Of a stretch of 64,000 bases of DNA, positions 50,405 through 61,100 are shown one piece after another. The translations under genes were made by a program, and so were the position numbers. How positions within the stretch are numbered: position 1 is the stretch's first letter; each line of letters opens with the position of its first letter. This DNA is from Terriglobia bacterium. Lineage in GTDB: Bacteria > Acidobacteriota > Terriglobia > JAJPHL01 > JAPKYU01. The notes below the pieces were generated by a model. It ran no database searches. It was not told the DNA's origin and saw nothing but the letters and a program-made list of their open reading frames with translations. The DNA lies in assembly GCA_965223005.1 (NCBI GenBank), contig CBDCVK010000002.1, positions 128,001-192,000 of the forward strand. Reading direction: 5' to 3'.

Positions 50405-50451
50405 TAAGTCTAAGGGCCAAAGTCCAAGGCCCAAAGTCCAAAGTGCGAAGT
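50405..50451. repeat. Degenerate heptamer tandem repeat (CCAAAGT)n
   Basis: ccaaagt ccaaggc ccaaagt ccaaagt gcgaagt between trpC and trpF. Confidence 0.6.
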
Positions 50452-50502
50452 CTCCCTCAAAGGGTCCGCCTTCCCCGTAGACCTTGCACTTGAGACCTCG
50501 GA

Positions 50503-51309
50503 CTAAAGCAGCGCGCGAAGCGCGGCACCCGGCTCGGGGGCGGTCAGCAGCCGCTCTCCGATCAAGAAGGCTCGGTAGCCGGCAGCTTCCAGGCGGTTCA
50601 GATCCTCCCGCGACCGCAGGCCGCTCTCGCTTACGGAGATCGCATCAGCGGGCAGCCGGGGTCGCAGGCGCAGCGAAGTCTCCACGTCCACGGCCAGGGT
50701 GGAGAGGTTGCGGTTGTTCACCCCGATGAGCTTTGCGCCAAGCGTGGCCGCCCTGTCCGCTTCTTCTTCCGTGTGGACTTCCACCAACGCGTCCAACCCA
50801 AGTTCGGTCGCGCCGTGCAGCAGTTCATGCAGTGCGCCGGCATCCAGAACAGCCACAATCAGCAGCACCGCATCGGCGCCGGCTGCGGCGGATTCAACCA
50901 CCTGATAGGGATCCACCAGGAAGTCTTTGCGGAGCACGGGCAGGCCGGTGGCTTGGCGGGCTTCCTGTAGGTGGTTTATCGAGCCCCTGAAAAAGGGGCC
51001 GTCAGTCAACACCGACAAGGCCCGGGCCCCGGCGGCTTCGTAGGCGCGCGCAATCTCAGCCGGACGGTAATCCGGCTGAAGCAGGCCGCCGGACGGCGAG
51101 GCCTGCTTCATTTCAGCAATGATGGCGCGTCCGCCGCGCACCAGTGGCGAGGCGAACGGCCGCCGGGTTGCGGCAGCCAGCTGCGCTTGCCGCTCCAGCT
51201 CCGCTTCCGAAACCCGGGCGCGGCGCTCAGCCACTTCGGCACGTTTTGCCGCCACAATCTCGGCCAACAAGTGAGCCCCGGAACCATAGTTGGTTGCTAC
51301 GGTGTGCAT
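50503..51309 (-). CDS. trpC: Indole-3-glycerol phosphate synthase
   Basis: IAEMKQASPS, SVLTD, LRKDF, LVEVH, IGVNNRNL, SESG; ATG after AAGGA. Confidence 0.95.
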   Translation of the reverse strand: MHTVATNYGSGAHLLAEIVAAKRAEVAERRARVSEAELERQAQLAAATRRPFASPLVRGGRAIIAEMKQASPSGGLLQPDYRPAEIARAYEAAGARALSVLTDGPFFRGSINHLQEARQATGLPVLRKDFLVDPYQVVESAAAGADAVLLIVAVLDAGALHELLHGATELGLDALVEVHTEEEADRAATLGAKLIGVNNRNLSTLAVDVETSLRLRPRLPADAISVSESGLRSREDLNRLEAAGYRAFLIGERLLTAPEPGAALRALL

Positions 51310-51569
51310 TTTCCTTGTGAAGTTGCTCGATGAGTCCGCGGCGTTAGAGAAACTGTCTCGCTGCATCAAGAGGCAGTAAAAACACCGGCGCCAACGCCGC
51401 GAATCAGGCCCCCGACCACGTCCCCAAGCCAGTATATCACCCGAATTTCTGCTGATGCCGTCTTGGTCTGGGACCGGCACTTTGCCGGCGGATCACACTG
51501 CATGCACGAATCGAAAGTGAGCCACGTCCCAGAAGTTGTCTTGCAGGGGTTTTTGCGCAGAACGGAACT

Positions 51570-52520
51570 TCAAGCCTTGGGGTGGCTGCGGTCGTAGACT
51601 TCCATCAGCTGCTTGACGTTGGTGTGCGTGTACTTCTGAGTGGTGGACAGGCGGGCGTGCCCCAGCAATTCCTGAATGGCGCGCAGGTCGGCGCCGTCGC
51701 TGAGCAGGTGCGTCGCGAAGGCATGGCGGAAGGAGTGGGGATGCAATCCGGCATCGCTGCCGAGCAGCAGCGCATAGCGCTTCACAATACGCCCGACAGA
51801 ACGGGCTGTAAGCCGGCTGCCGGTTTGGTTCAGGAACAGGGCTGGCTGGCTGTCGCCGCTTCCCACGGCCGGGACCGCGGAAGTGCGCGCCGCCAGGTAC
51901 TGCTCCAGGGCGGCAACAGCCTTTCCACCCAGAGGCCCCAGCCGCTCCTTCTTTCCTTTGCCACGCACGCGGACCAATCGGTCGCGCAGATCCAGGTCCG
52001 CCACGTTTAGCCCCACCAGCTCGCCCACGCGGAGGCCACAGCCATAAAGCATCTCCAGCAGGGCGAGGTCGCGTGCCGGCTGCAGTGGGGATTTCGGGGG
52101 CCGGACCTGACGGGCTGCCGTCGCGCCCTTGCCCTTGGCCATCGCGTCCAGGAGACGGTTCACTTCCTCTGCAGTTGGCACAGTTGGCAGGGTCTTGGGC
52201 AACTTGGGAGAAGAGACCAGACGTGCCGGGTTGTCCCGCAGCAGGCCCTCACGGCCCAGAAAGCGGAACAACGAGCGGAGCGCCGCTAGCTTGCGAGCAA
52301 TGGAAGCCGATTTTAGCCGGCCGACGTATAGCTCGCCAAGGAACGAGCGAATGTCCAGATGGGTCAGCGCCTCCAGCGGCGGCTCACCGTCAGGCTGCGC
52401 ACGCAGGAAGGCGCCGAACTGCTCCAGGTCACTGGCGTAATTGCGCAGGGTGTGCGCCGAGCAGTTGCGCTCCACGCGCAGATACTCCAGGTATTGCGCG
52501 GCCGCCGAAGCGAAGTCCAC
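51570..52520 (-). CDS. xerC: Tyrosine recombinase XerC-like
   Basis: RDLALLEMLYGCGLRVGEL, GKGKKER, HPHSFRHAFATHLL, LLGH, TTQKYT; trmFO-xerC order; start estimated. Confidence 0.85.
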   Translation of the reverse strand: MDFASAAAQYLEYLRVERNCSAHTLRNYASDLEQFGAFLRAQPDGEPPLEALTHLDIRSFLGELYVGRLKSASIARKLAALRSLFRFLGREGLLRDNPARLVSSPKLPKTLPTVPTAEEVNRLLDAMAKGKGATAARQVRPPKSPLQPARDLALLEMLYGCGLRVGELVGLNVADLDLRDRLVRVRGKGKKERLGPLGGKAVAALEQYLAARTSAVPAVGSGDSQPALFLNQTGSRLTARSVGRIVKRYALLLGSDAGLHPHSFRHAFATHLLSDGADLRAIQELLGHARLSTTQKYTHTNVKQLMEVYDRSHPKA

Positions 52521-52575
52521 AAGCAATACAGTAGCGGAGAATCCTCTGTCCGCTCCCAAAAGAACGCCGTTGAGG

Positions 52576-53943
52576 TTACAGGGAAAGCACGGTATGGCGG
52601 AGCTTCCACTGCTCCAGCGCAGCCAGCGCGCGCTGACATTGATGAGCGCGCCGCCGCTGTCTGTCTTTGCGTTCCGCTGCGGAAAGCCCTTGCGGTGGAG
52701 GAAGCAGGTCAAAGGTAATGTTGGCGGGCTGGTAGTGATGCGGATTGGCATGGCTGACGTAGTGGCACAGGGAGCCCAGCGCTGTCTCGCGCGGCAGCGG
52801 GACCGGCTCCTCGTCACGGGCACGGGCTGCCGCCTGCCAGGCTGCCACCAAGCCAGTCGCGACCGATTCCACGTAGCCTTCCACTCCACAGATCTGGCCG
52901 GCGAAGAAGATGTGGGGGTGCGTTCGCAGCGCCAGCGTCTGGTCCAGCAAGGCGGGCGCATTGATATAAGTGTTGCGATGAACCTGCCCATAACGCAGGA
53001 AGACGGCACTTTCCAGCCCCGGGATCAGCTGCAGCACTCGCGTTTGCTCACCGAAGCGCAGGTGGTTCTGGAAGCCGACCAGGTTAAAGCTGTCGGCCCG
53101 AAGGTTCTCGCGTCGCAATTGGACCACCGCATGAGGTGCACGCCCGGTGCGCGGGTCGCGCAGCCCAACGGGCTTCATCGGCCCAAACCGAAGCGTGTCG
53201 CGGCCGCGTCGGGCCAGCTCTTCCAGCGGCAGGCAGGCTTCAAAGTAACAGGTCTGCTCGAATTCATGCAGCGGGTAGGACTCCGCAGCTAGAAGCGCTT
53301 CGTAAAAGCGGTCATATTCTTCCCGACTTAGTGGGCAGTTCCAGTAGTCTTCGCCACCTTTGCCGTAGCGGGAGCCGGGGAAGAGCTTGGTGTAGTCCAG
53401 CGAATCGGCGTCCACGATGGGGCTGATGGCGTCGTAGAAGAACAGGTGCTTGCTGCCGGTCAGGCGCTGGATGGAAGCGACTAGCCTATCGCTGGTCAAC
53501 GGTCCGGTGGCGACAATGACGAGGCCGGAGGCTGGAATTTCCCGGACCTCCTCGCGACGGATCGTCACCAGCGGCTGCGACTCGATGGCGGCGGTGACCC
53601 GAGCTGCGAACTGCTCGCGATCCACCGCCAGCGCGTGGCCGGCCGGCACGGCTATCTGGGCGGCGATGCGCAGCAACAACGAATCGAGGCGGCGCAGTTC
53701 CTCCTTCAACAGCCAGGGCGCCGAATTCGGCTGCTCACTCTTGAGCGAGTTGCTGCACACCAGCTCGGCCAGGTACCCGGTTTTGTGCGCGGCGGTCTGT
53801 TTGGTCAACGCGCCCGAATTGTCGTCCGTCGGGCGCATCTCGTACAGCGTGCAGGGGAGTCCCTGCACGGCCAATTGCCAGGCGGCCTCCGAGCCAGCCA
53901 ACCCTCCGCCTAAAATGACGATTTCCGGAATTTCCGCTGCCAC
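52576..53943 (-). CDS. trmFO: tRNA (uracil-5-)-methyltransferase TrmFO/Gid
   Basis: GGGLAGSEAAWQ, AELVCSNS, ATGPLTS, FYDAISP, GPMKPVGL, HRNTY, GVEGYVES. Confidence 0.95.
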   Translation of the reverse strand: MAAEIPEIVILGGGLAGSEAAWQLAVQGLPCTLYEMRPTDDNSGALTKQTAAHKTGYLAELVCSNSLKSEQPNSAPWLLKEELRRLDSLLLRIAAQIAVPAGHALAVDREQFAARVTAAIESQPLVTIRREEVREIPASGLVIVATGPLTSDRLVASIQRLTGSKHLFFYDAISPIVDADSLDYTKLFPGSRYGKGGEDYWNCPLSREEYDRFYEALLAAESYPLHEFEQTCYFEACLPLEELARRGRDTLRFGPMKPVGLRDPRTGRAPHAVVQLRRENLRADSFNLVGFQNHLRFGEQTRVLQLIPGLESAVFLRYGQVHRNTYINAPALLDQTLALRTHPHIFFAGQICGVEGYVESVATGLVAAWQAAARARDEEPVPLPRETALGSLCHYVSHANPHHYQPANITFDLLPPPQGLSAAERKDRQRRRAHQCQRALAALEQWKLRHTVLSL

Positions 53944-54013
53944 AGAGCCATTATATACAGGCCCGTCGCCTACACGTCGCCAGGCGACCCTGGTGCGTGA
54001 TAGATTTGCCCGC

Positions 54014-54529
54014 ATGGAAACTGTTTACTACTCCACGATGAATTCTCCGGTGGGGCGGCTCACCATCTGCTGCTCGAAACGTGGGGTGCTGCAGGTTGCA
54101 GCCGGCCGAAGATTCTCTTCCAGGCCAGGCAGTCTCGACGGCAACCGGCAGCCCCGCCTCCAGTGGGTCCGGTCGAAAAAAAAGACCCAACAGGTTGAGA
54201 CGCAGCTTGCCGAATATTTCGCTGGACGTCGTCGAAAGTTCACGGTGCGGCACGACCTGCGGGGCACACCTTTTCAGCGGAGGGTCTGGGAGGCGCTGCG
54301 CATGATTCCTTACGGTGAGACGCGATCCTACGCCGACATCGCGCGCCGGATCCGCCGCCCGCGCGCTTTCCGGGCGGTGAGCATGGCTAATCACCAGAAT
54401 CCCGTTGCGATTCTGGTGCCCTGCCATCGTGTCATAGCTGCGGATGGCGGTCTTGGTGGGTATGCGAGCGGACTTCGAGTAAAAAACTTTCTCCTCCAGT
54501 TGGAGCGGGGCCGGTCCCGGCTGCGCTAA
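54014..54529 (+). CDS. ogt: Methylated-DNA-protein-cysteine methyltransferase
   Basis: GTPFQRRVW, IPYGETRSY, PCHRV active site. Confidence 0.93.
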   Translation: METVYYSTMNSPVGRLTICCSKRGVLQVAAGRRFSSRPGSLDGNRQPRLQWVRSKKKTQQVETQLAEYFAGRRRKFTVRHDLRGTPFQRRVWEALRMIPYGETRSYADIARRIRRPRAFRAVSMANHQNPVAILVPCHRVIAADGGLGGYASGLRVKNFLLQLERGRSRLR

Positions 54530-54539
54530 ACTGGGTCCC

Positions 54540-55478
54540 ATGCCGGCGCACGAGCGCGGAGCGCATGCTCCCGGGTGGGTGTTGAAGATGGCCACCCTGG
54601 CTACGCTGGCGTTTTTCGGGGTGGAGCTGGCGGCTGGCTACTGGGCTCGCAGCCTGGCGTTGGTGAGCGACGCCTGGCACAACTTTTCCGACGCCCTGGT
54701 TCTGCTGGGCACCTGGTTTGCCTGGCATGTACAGGCCAAAGCCCCTAGCGAAAGGAAAACCTATGGCTACCAGCGAGCCAGTGTGCTCGCCGCGTTCGTC
54801 GCCGCGCTTTCCTTGATAGGGCTGGTGGGGTTTCTCTTCTACGAGGGGTATCGCCGGCTGTTCGTGCTGCCCGCGGAGGCCAATACCCCGAACACCACGG
54901 TGATGATGGCGATGGGGACGGCAGGGGTGCTGATGCACTGGTTCATCTCCTCGGCGCTTCGCCGCGACTCCCAAAGCCAGCGCGCTCCGCGCAGCGTGCT
55001 GATCCACACGTGGGCGGATACGCTGACTGCCCTCGGTATCGTGTTGGTCGCCGTAGTGATCGCCGCCACCGGCCTGCGCGCCGCCGACCCGCTTCTCGGC
55101 ATCCTGATTGCTGGACTGATCGTATGGACCGCCTGGGACATCGTCACCGAATCACTGAACATCCTGCTGGAGGGACTGCCTCGCGGGATCGAGCTGGATC
55201 AGGTGGCCACAGCCATCCGCAGGGTGCCGGGAGTCGAGGACGTGCACGATCTGCACATCTGGAGCCTAGGTGCCAAGGCCCAGGCTTTGAGCTGCCATGT
55301 TTGCATCCCCGACATTCCGCTCCTTGAGAGCGAGGCGATTTTGGGCCAGGTGAATGCGGTTCTGGAACAGCAGTTCCGCATCTGCCATACGACAGTCCAG
55401 CTTGAGCACGTCCCCTGCGAGGCGGCAAATGGTTGCCGGATCCCGGTCGGCGCCCGGAGCCACCCTCATCTTCACTGA
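54540..55478 (+). CDS. Cation diffusion facilitator (CzcD/ZitB-like)
   Basis: SLALVSDAWHNFSD, TYGYQR, HTWAD, VHDLHIWSL, HTTVQLE. Confidence 0.92.
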   Translation: MPAHERGAHAPGWVLKMATLATLAFFGVELAAGYWARSLALVSDAWHNFSDALVLLGTWFAWHVQAKAPSERKTYGYQRASVLAAFVAALSLIGLVGFLFYEGYRRLFVLPAEANTPNTTVMMAMGTAGVLMHWFISSALRRDSQSQRAPRSVLIHTWADTLTALGIVLVAVVIAATGLRAADPLLGILIAGLIVWTAWDIVTESLNILLEGLPRGIELDQVATAIRRVPGVEDVHDLHIWSLGAKAQALSCHVCIPDIPLLESEAILGQVNAVLEQQFRICHTTVQLEHVPCEAANGCRIPVGARSHPHLH

Positions 55479-55532
55479 TAAGCAGCTTTGAGGTGTTCGA
55501 AGTCGGCCGTCGGGTAGCAGCCCGGCACCCGA

Positions 55533-56324
55533 TTAGTTTACCCAGCGATCTTTGTCGGGGGGGTCTTCGCGCTCGACCTGGCGCATGTAAACTTCGAACT
55601 TTCTCCGGGCGCGGCGTAGCCTCCAGCGTTGATAAGCGCCCTTCAGGTCGAGGCTCGAGGAGCGGGAAGGGCGGCGGGAGGCATAGCTCAACGCCCGGCC
55701 CCTCAGGAAGTACTTGATGTAAACAAAGCCGTAGGCCATGCCTCCCAGGTGGGCGATGTGGCTGATGGTGCTCCCGGGTTGCGTGCGCTGCAAGAAGAAT
55801 TCGATGCATGCCAGCAGGATGACGAAGTACTTGGCGGGCATGCGGAAGAAGAACATAAACCAGATAGGCGCGTCGGGAAATAGCAAGCCAAAGGCCAGGA
55901 TGAGACCATAGATGGCGCCAGAGGAGCCGATCGTGGCTGTGTAGAGCGCCTGTCGTGTCCCCTCCATCAGGCCCGCCAGCACCACTGCCACTCCCGCGGC
56001 CACTCCGCAGGCCAGGTAGTAGCGTGTGAAGCGGCGCGTCCCCCAGGTCTGCTCCACCGTTGTTCCGAACATCCACAGGAAGAGCATGTTGAACAGGAAA
56101 TGCCAAAGATCCCCGTGGAAGAACATGTAGGTGAAAGGCTGCCAGATCATTCCCCGCACGGCTTGTCCAGGTACCAGCAAAAGCCACAGGCGGCTTGGAT
56201 TAATGCCCAGCAGGGCCGGGATCACAAACAGCACGGCATTGACGATCAGCAGGAGCTTTACGGCCGGCGTCATGGTGAACCCGCCGAAGCCCATGGAAGA
56301 GGTGGTGCGGTAGTAGGCGCCCAT
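55533..56324 (-). CDS. Rhomboid family intramembrane serine protease
   Basis: WQPFTYMFFH, HFLFNM, IGSSG, AHLGG. Confidence 0.92.
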   Translation of the reverse strand: MGAYYRTTSSMGFGGFTMTPAVKLLLIVNAVLFVIPALLGINPSRLWLLLVPGQAVRGMIWQPFTYMFFHGDLWHFLFNMLFLWMFGTTVEQTWGTRRFTRYYLACGVAAGVAVVLAGLMEGTRQALYTATIGSSGAIYGLILAFGLLFPDAPIWFMFFFRMPAKYFVILLACIEFFLQRTQPGSTISHIAHLGGMAYGFVYIKYFLRGRALSYASRRPSRSSSLDLKGAYQRWRLRRARRKFEVYMRQVEREDPPDKDRWVN

Positions 56325-56552
56325 TGAAAAGTCGCGGCCCAGGCGACAAGCATCTTTGCCTATCCCTACCAGGATAGAAAAATTACTCGCGCCTGTCGAA
56401 CAAAATTCCACTCCGTCGCGCCGAGAAACCGCCCGGCAGTGCCCTGTCGGCCGCACCATCCCGAGAGTTGCCCCGCGCAGCGTAAGGAATCACCGACGCG
56501 GGCCTACGGTATAGTCCCCGCATAGTCGCGGTATAGTTGACAGAGTAACTCT

Positions 56553-57404
56553 ATGGCTGCCCAGCTCACCGAAATCCGCGCCCGCGGCATTCTGACGGCC
56601 CAACACAAGGGGTTCCTGGCCGGCTACACGCACTCGTTGAATCCTTATGTGGGTTGTGCCTTCGGCGCCCGCGGTAGTTGCCCGTTCTGCTACGTGCGCG
56701 CTCTGCCGGTAGCACAGGCCGGAGGTGGGCGCGACTGGGGCGACTGGGTGCTGGCCAAGACGAACGCTGCTGAGCTGCTTCGCCGGGAGCTGTCCCGTCT
56801 CAACGCCCGCGGCATACGGCCCCGCATTTTCTTTTCTTCCAGTACCGATCCCTACCAGGGAGCCGAAGCGCGCCTGCGCCTGACACGCGGGCTGCTGGAA
56901 GTGCTGGTAGAGATGCCGGAGGTCTTTGAGGTGGTGCTGCTGCAGACGCGCTCCCCGCTGGTGGAACGGGACCTGGACCTGCTGGTGAGCCTCCGCGATC
57001 AGCTCTGGGTTTCCTTCACACTGGAGACCGACGATGAGCGAGTCCGCCAGGAGCTGACGCCGTTGAGCCCTTCGGTCCAGCGGCGGCTGGACACGCTGGA
57101 GCGATTGACGCGGGCTGGATTGCGGGTGCAGGCGGCAGTGGCGCCGGTGCTACCCTGTGATCCTGCTCGCCTTGCCGCTCTGCTGGAAGGCCGGGTCACC
57201 CGCGTGCTGGTGGACACCTTCTTTGCCGGCGATGGCAGCGGCGGTCGCCGTACCACCCGGCTGGGTGTAGACGAGCTGTTGGCGCGGCTCGGCTACGCTG
57301 ACTGGTTTACCCCTGACGCTCATCTAGGCTTGCTGGAGGCGCTGTCACGCCACTTCCCTCCGGACAGGATCGTCTTCAGCCAGCAAGGCTTCGCCTCGGT
57401 GTAG
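56553..57404 (+). CDS. SPL-like radical SAM protein (putative DNA repair)
   Basis: LNPYVGC...CPFCY, SSSTDPYQ, QTRSPL, TLETDD. Confidence 0.85.
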   Translation: MAAQLTEIRARGILTAQHKGFLAGYTHSLNPYVGCAFGARGSCPFCYVRALPVAQAGGGRDWGDWVLAKTNAAELLRRELSRLNARGIRPRIFFSSSTDPYQGAEARLRLTRGLLEVLVEMPEVFEVVLLQTRSPLVERDLDLLVSLRDQLWVSFTLETDDERVRQELTPLSPSVQRRLDTLERLTRAGLRVQAAVAPVLPCDPARLAALLEGRVTRVLVDTFFAGDGSGGRRTTRLGVDELLARLGYADWFTPDAHLGLLEALSRHFPPDRIVFSQQGFASV

Positions 57405-57491
57405 CGGGATGCCGGGATCGCAGCGCCCAGTCCTTCTTGCCGCTTGCCAGAAACCTAGCCATCACGCAAAGCCATTACTCAGGCAGGGCCG

Positions 57492-58187
57492 CTACTCAGG
57501 CCAAGCTTGTTTTCCGACCAGAGGAACGAAGCGGCATTCGTTGATTGCGCGCCCGGTCAATTGCCCGGAAGTCTTGCGCAGCAGGCGGAGGATCTGGGTG
57601 TGGCGGTCCCCCACCGGAATCACCAAGCGGCCCCCTTCGGCCAGTTGCTGCTCCAGGCTGGGCGGCACGGCGGGCGCGCCGGCTGCCACCAGAATACCGT
57701 CGTAGGGCGCCGCGGGCGCGTAGCCTTCGCTGCCGTCTCCCGCGAGGAACTCGATGCGTTCGGCAGCGGCAAAGCCGACGGCTCGCAGGCGCTCCAGGGT
57801 GCGGCGCGCACTTTCCTGCAACTCCTGCTCCCGCTCGATGGTATAGACGCGCGCAGCCAGCGTCGCCAGCACCGCGGCCTGGTAGCCAGAGCCGGTGCCC
57901 ACTTCCAGTACTTTCTCGGAACCGCGCAATTCCAGTGCTTCGGTCATGACGGCTACCATGTAGGGCTGCGAGACCGTCTGGCCGACTCCAATGGAGACAG
58001 GCCGGTCTTCGTAAGCGTGCACGCGATACTCGGGGAAGATGAATTCATGCCGCGGCACGGCCCGCATAGACTCCAGCACTCGCGGGTCGCGGATCCCGCG
58101 CCCGCGGAGCTGACGCTCCACCATTCGGGCCCGCCGCTGCGCATACTCAGCTTCGCCTTTGGACGCGCCGTTGTTTCTGAACCACAC
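57492..58187 (-). CDS. pcm: Protein-L-isoaspartate O-methyltransferase
   Basis: VPRHEF, GQTVSQPYMV, VLEVGTGSGYQAA, GDGSEG, APYD, GGRLVIPVG; start estimated. Confidence 0.93.
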   Translation of the reverse strand: MWFRNNGASKGEAEYAQRRARMVERQLRGRGIRDPRVLESMRAVPRHEFIFPEYRVHAYEDRPVSIGVGQTVSQPYMVAVMTEALELRGSEKVLEVGTGSGYQAAVLATLAARVYTIEREQELQESARRTLERLRAVGFAAAERIEFLAGDGSEGYAPAAPYDGILVAAGAPAVPPSLEQQLAEGGRLVIPVGDRHTQILRLLRKTSGQLTGRAINECRFVPLVGKQAWPE

Positions 58188-58194
58188 AAGCGTA

Positions 58195-61100
58195 TCAGCG
58201 GAACTGCTTTCGCCACTTGAAGTCGACCCCGAACAATCCGTTGCGGTCGCGGACCGCATTCAACGACCAGCGGCGGTTGATGGTCCACTCCAATTGAATC
58301 ACCTGCTGCTGGGTGGAAGTCAGGTTGGTGACGTAGGTGAGCCTGACGTCGGGCGTCACCTGCTGCTCCACGGTGAGTTGAGCTCCCGGGCTGGTTTCTG
58401 GGCCCCCGACGTGCGGGGCAATCTTCACGCGACCCCCGCCGAAAAGGCGCTCGATGCGGCTGCCCACTGCCGCGTTGAGCGCCTGCTCCAGGATGGCACT
58501 TGTGGCGAGGGTCGGGAATGATTGCGTCGGCTGTGTGACGGTGCCGCCCTCCTGCGCCCGGCCGGTGATCAGCAGCGCCTGAACGTCGCTGCTGGGCAGC
58601 GGCGGCTCCGAGCGATAGGTGATGTTGAGTCTGTCGAGAGGTCCGTTAAGCGCGACGAAAATCTCGAACTGTTGCGCGCGGGTCTGCAGGTGCAGGTTAA
58701 CTACAGGCTCGATGCGGAACGGGTTGACGAAGCTGATGTCGCCGGGGTTGACGATGTAACGGGTTCCGGCAAACAGAATCTCTCCCTGCGACAGTTCCAC
58801 TCGGCCAATGATGGCGGGCCGGGCAACGGTTCCACGCAGTCGCAGGTTGGCCAGCACCTGCAAGTCGCGGGCCGACGCCAATTCCAGGCGCAGATTGGGG
58901 GAGGAGGTCACCCGGACGTCCAGTTGCATCGTGTCGAGCAGGGGAGAGGTGACGAGGGTGGGGCCACGCGCCCGGACGAGGCCAAGGGATCTGGCCAGGT
59001 CAAAGCGCGGATTAAAACTCGCGCGGGTTACCACCGCTTCACCAGCCAGCACGCTGTGCTGCGCTGTCCCGTCCAGGTTCAGGCTGGCATTGAGCAGCGA
59101 GCTGGTGCCCTCGGGATGGCGCACGCGAACTCCTTCCGCCTCGGCGCGCAGGCGCAACACCGGCGGACTATTGGCGTATTCCATAAAACCGCTCAGATGC
59201 ACCTTGCCGCCGCCAGCCTCGGCCGTAAGCTTCTCGATGCGGACCCTCTGAATGTCGAAGAGCAGCGAGCCTTCCATTTTGCTGAGACCGGTGGAAAACC
59301 CCCTGAGCGCCATGCCGCCATTGTAGATTTGGGCGCGCCCCTTCAGCAGGGGGCGCTGGAGCGTTCCGGTGGCTGTCGCATCCAGCCGCAGCTTCCCAGA
59401 CCCGATCAACTCCGGGTTCAGGGTACGCAGAAGAGCCATGTTCATTTCGCCGTTGGCGCGGAGCTCGAGGGTACGCGTGGCCGGAGGCCCCGTCACACGC
59501 AGCCAGCCGGCCACAGAGAGGTTGGTCTGAGTGCCCGCCAGGCGGGCCGCCTCAATCTGGATTCGCCCGTCCCGAAAGGAGGCACGTAGGGGCCCTTTGT
59601 TGCGCAGTTCAACTTGCTCAAGCGCAGCCTGGAGCTCGCTGATTTCGGTAGCCACCAGCAGCGATTCCGGCTTCTTCAGCGGCCCAGAGATGTTGATCCA
59701 GCCTGTAGTGGTACTGTGCGACGTCAGGTGACCACCGAAGGCCTTTTCGAACAGGGGGTCCAGGTCCACGCCGGTCAACTCCACACGACCCTGGGCAGGG
59801 AATCCGCCGCTCAGCTGAACCGACATGGTTCCAGCAATGTTGCCCCGGACGAGCTGGGATTTCAGGCGCGCTTCGAGCAGGCCGTCGCGCGTCTCGGCTG
59901 ACGCCGTCAGCTTGCCCATGCGTTCCCCATTCACTTCCAGGTCTGAGACTTCGACCGCCGCCTCGAGCCGTGGCCGCTCCGGCACGCCCGCCCCGGAAGC
60001 GCGGAACCCCACTTGGCCACCTAAGACGAAGCGAGGGGAGCGAAGCAGGCTGATTTCGTTCAGGGCCAGGCCTGCACCGCCAAGCTGGAACTGGTAGGTG
60101 CCGTCGGCTGGGCGATACTTAGCTTCCCCGGTAATTTTGGCCGAGCCCTTTGTGAGTTCGATATCAGCGATCCGCAGCTCGCCCTGCGCGAAATTCAGCT
60201 TGCCCCGCAGGGCATCAAACGGCTCGCCCGCCAGCGTACCGCTAGTGACCCGCACGCAAGCGCTGCCTTGCGGGTTGCGCTTGGTCCCCTCGGCTCGGAG
60301 CGTGGTGGACACTCGTCCCGTCAACGGATACGGTGTACCCGTCCGCCCGGCTAAGTCGGCCAGATCCGCGTCTTCCGCCTCCGCCTCCAAGTTGAAGATG
60401 CTGGCCTCGGTGAATTCACCCTGGGTGAGCTGGGCAGTAAAGTTTAGTCGTACGACGGAGCCACCCCGCCGCAACTGCGCTTCGGTCAATCGGAGCAAGT
60501 TGGGCGAGTAGACCAAGGTGGTGGCGAACCCTGTCCAGTGCGTCTTTCCATAGCGGAAATCCGCCGCCTCCAGACGCCCCTCCAAACGCGGCGCGGGCCC
60601 AGAACCGCGGATCGTCCCCTGGAGTTGTGCCCGTCCTTGGAGTTCAAGCGCAATCGGCGCCTCCTCTGGCAGCTGGACGGCAAACAGCGGCGCCCATTCC
60701 TGCGAGCTGGTGGTGGAAAGGTTCAGTTGAAGGTCGTGCTCAGAGCTTGGACCGGTCGCCCACACGCCCTCGGCGGAAATACGCGAGCCGGGAGTTTCGA
60801 GGGAAATGTTGCGCAATGCCAACTGCCCGGCACTCGAAGCATAGGTGAGCTCTCCTCGGCCGGAGACGGGCAGAACCCCTGGCGGTGCTGCGCTTGGCGG
60901 CCGTACCAAGAACTTCGATTCCACCTCCAGGTCCGGTGTTGCGTCGCGGCCGACCAAGAGAAACTGGGCATTGATGTCGCCGTCCACCGCGCCGGCCCAC
61001 AGAAGTTTGGACAGCGGCCGTTGGGATGTGGTGAGCGAGCGCATCAGATCAGGAACACTGAGGCCGCGAGCTTGGACGGCCAGGCTCATTTTTGGCTGCT

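Noticed and set aside
51310-51569. trp leader-peptide attenuator
   Set aside because: Only scattered single Trp codons and no convincing terminator/antiterminator pair
51570-53009. 479-aa ORF as an integron integrase or unusually long recombinase
   Set aside because: The N-terminal extension overlaps trmFO in another frame; the core looks like ordinary XerC in trmFO-xerC context with no IntI-type insertion seen
53450-54013. Long N-terminal extension of Ogt (359-aa ORF)
   Set aside because: It is antisense to trmFO; the real start is ATG 54014
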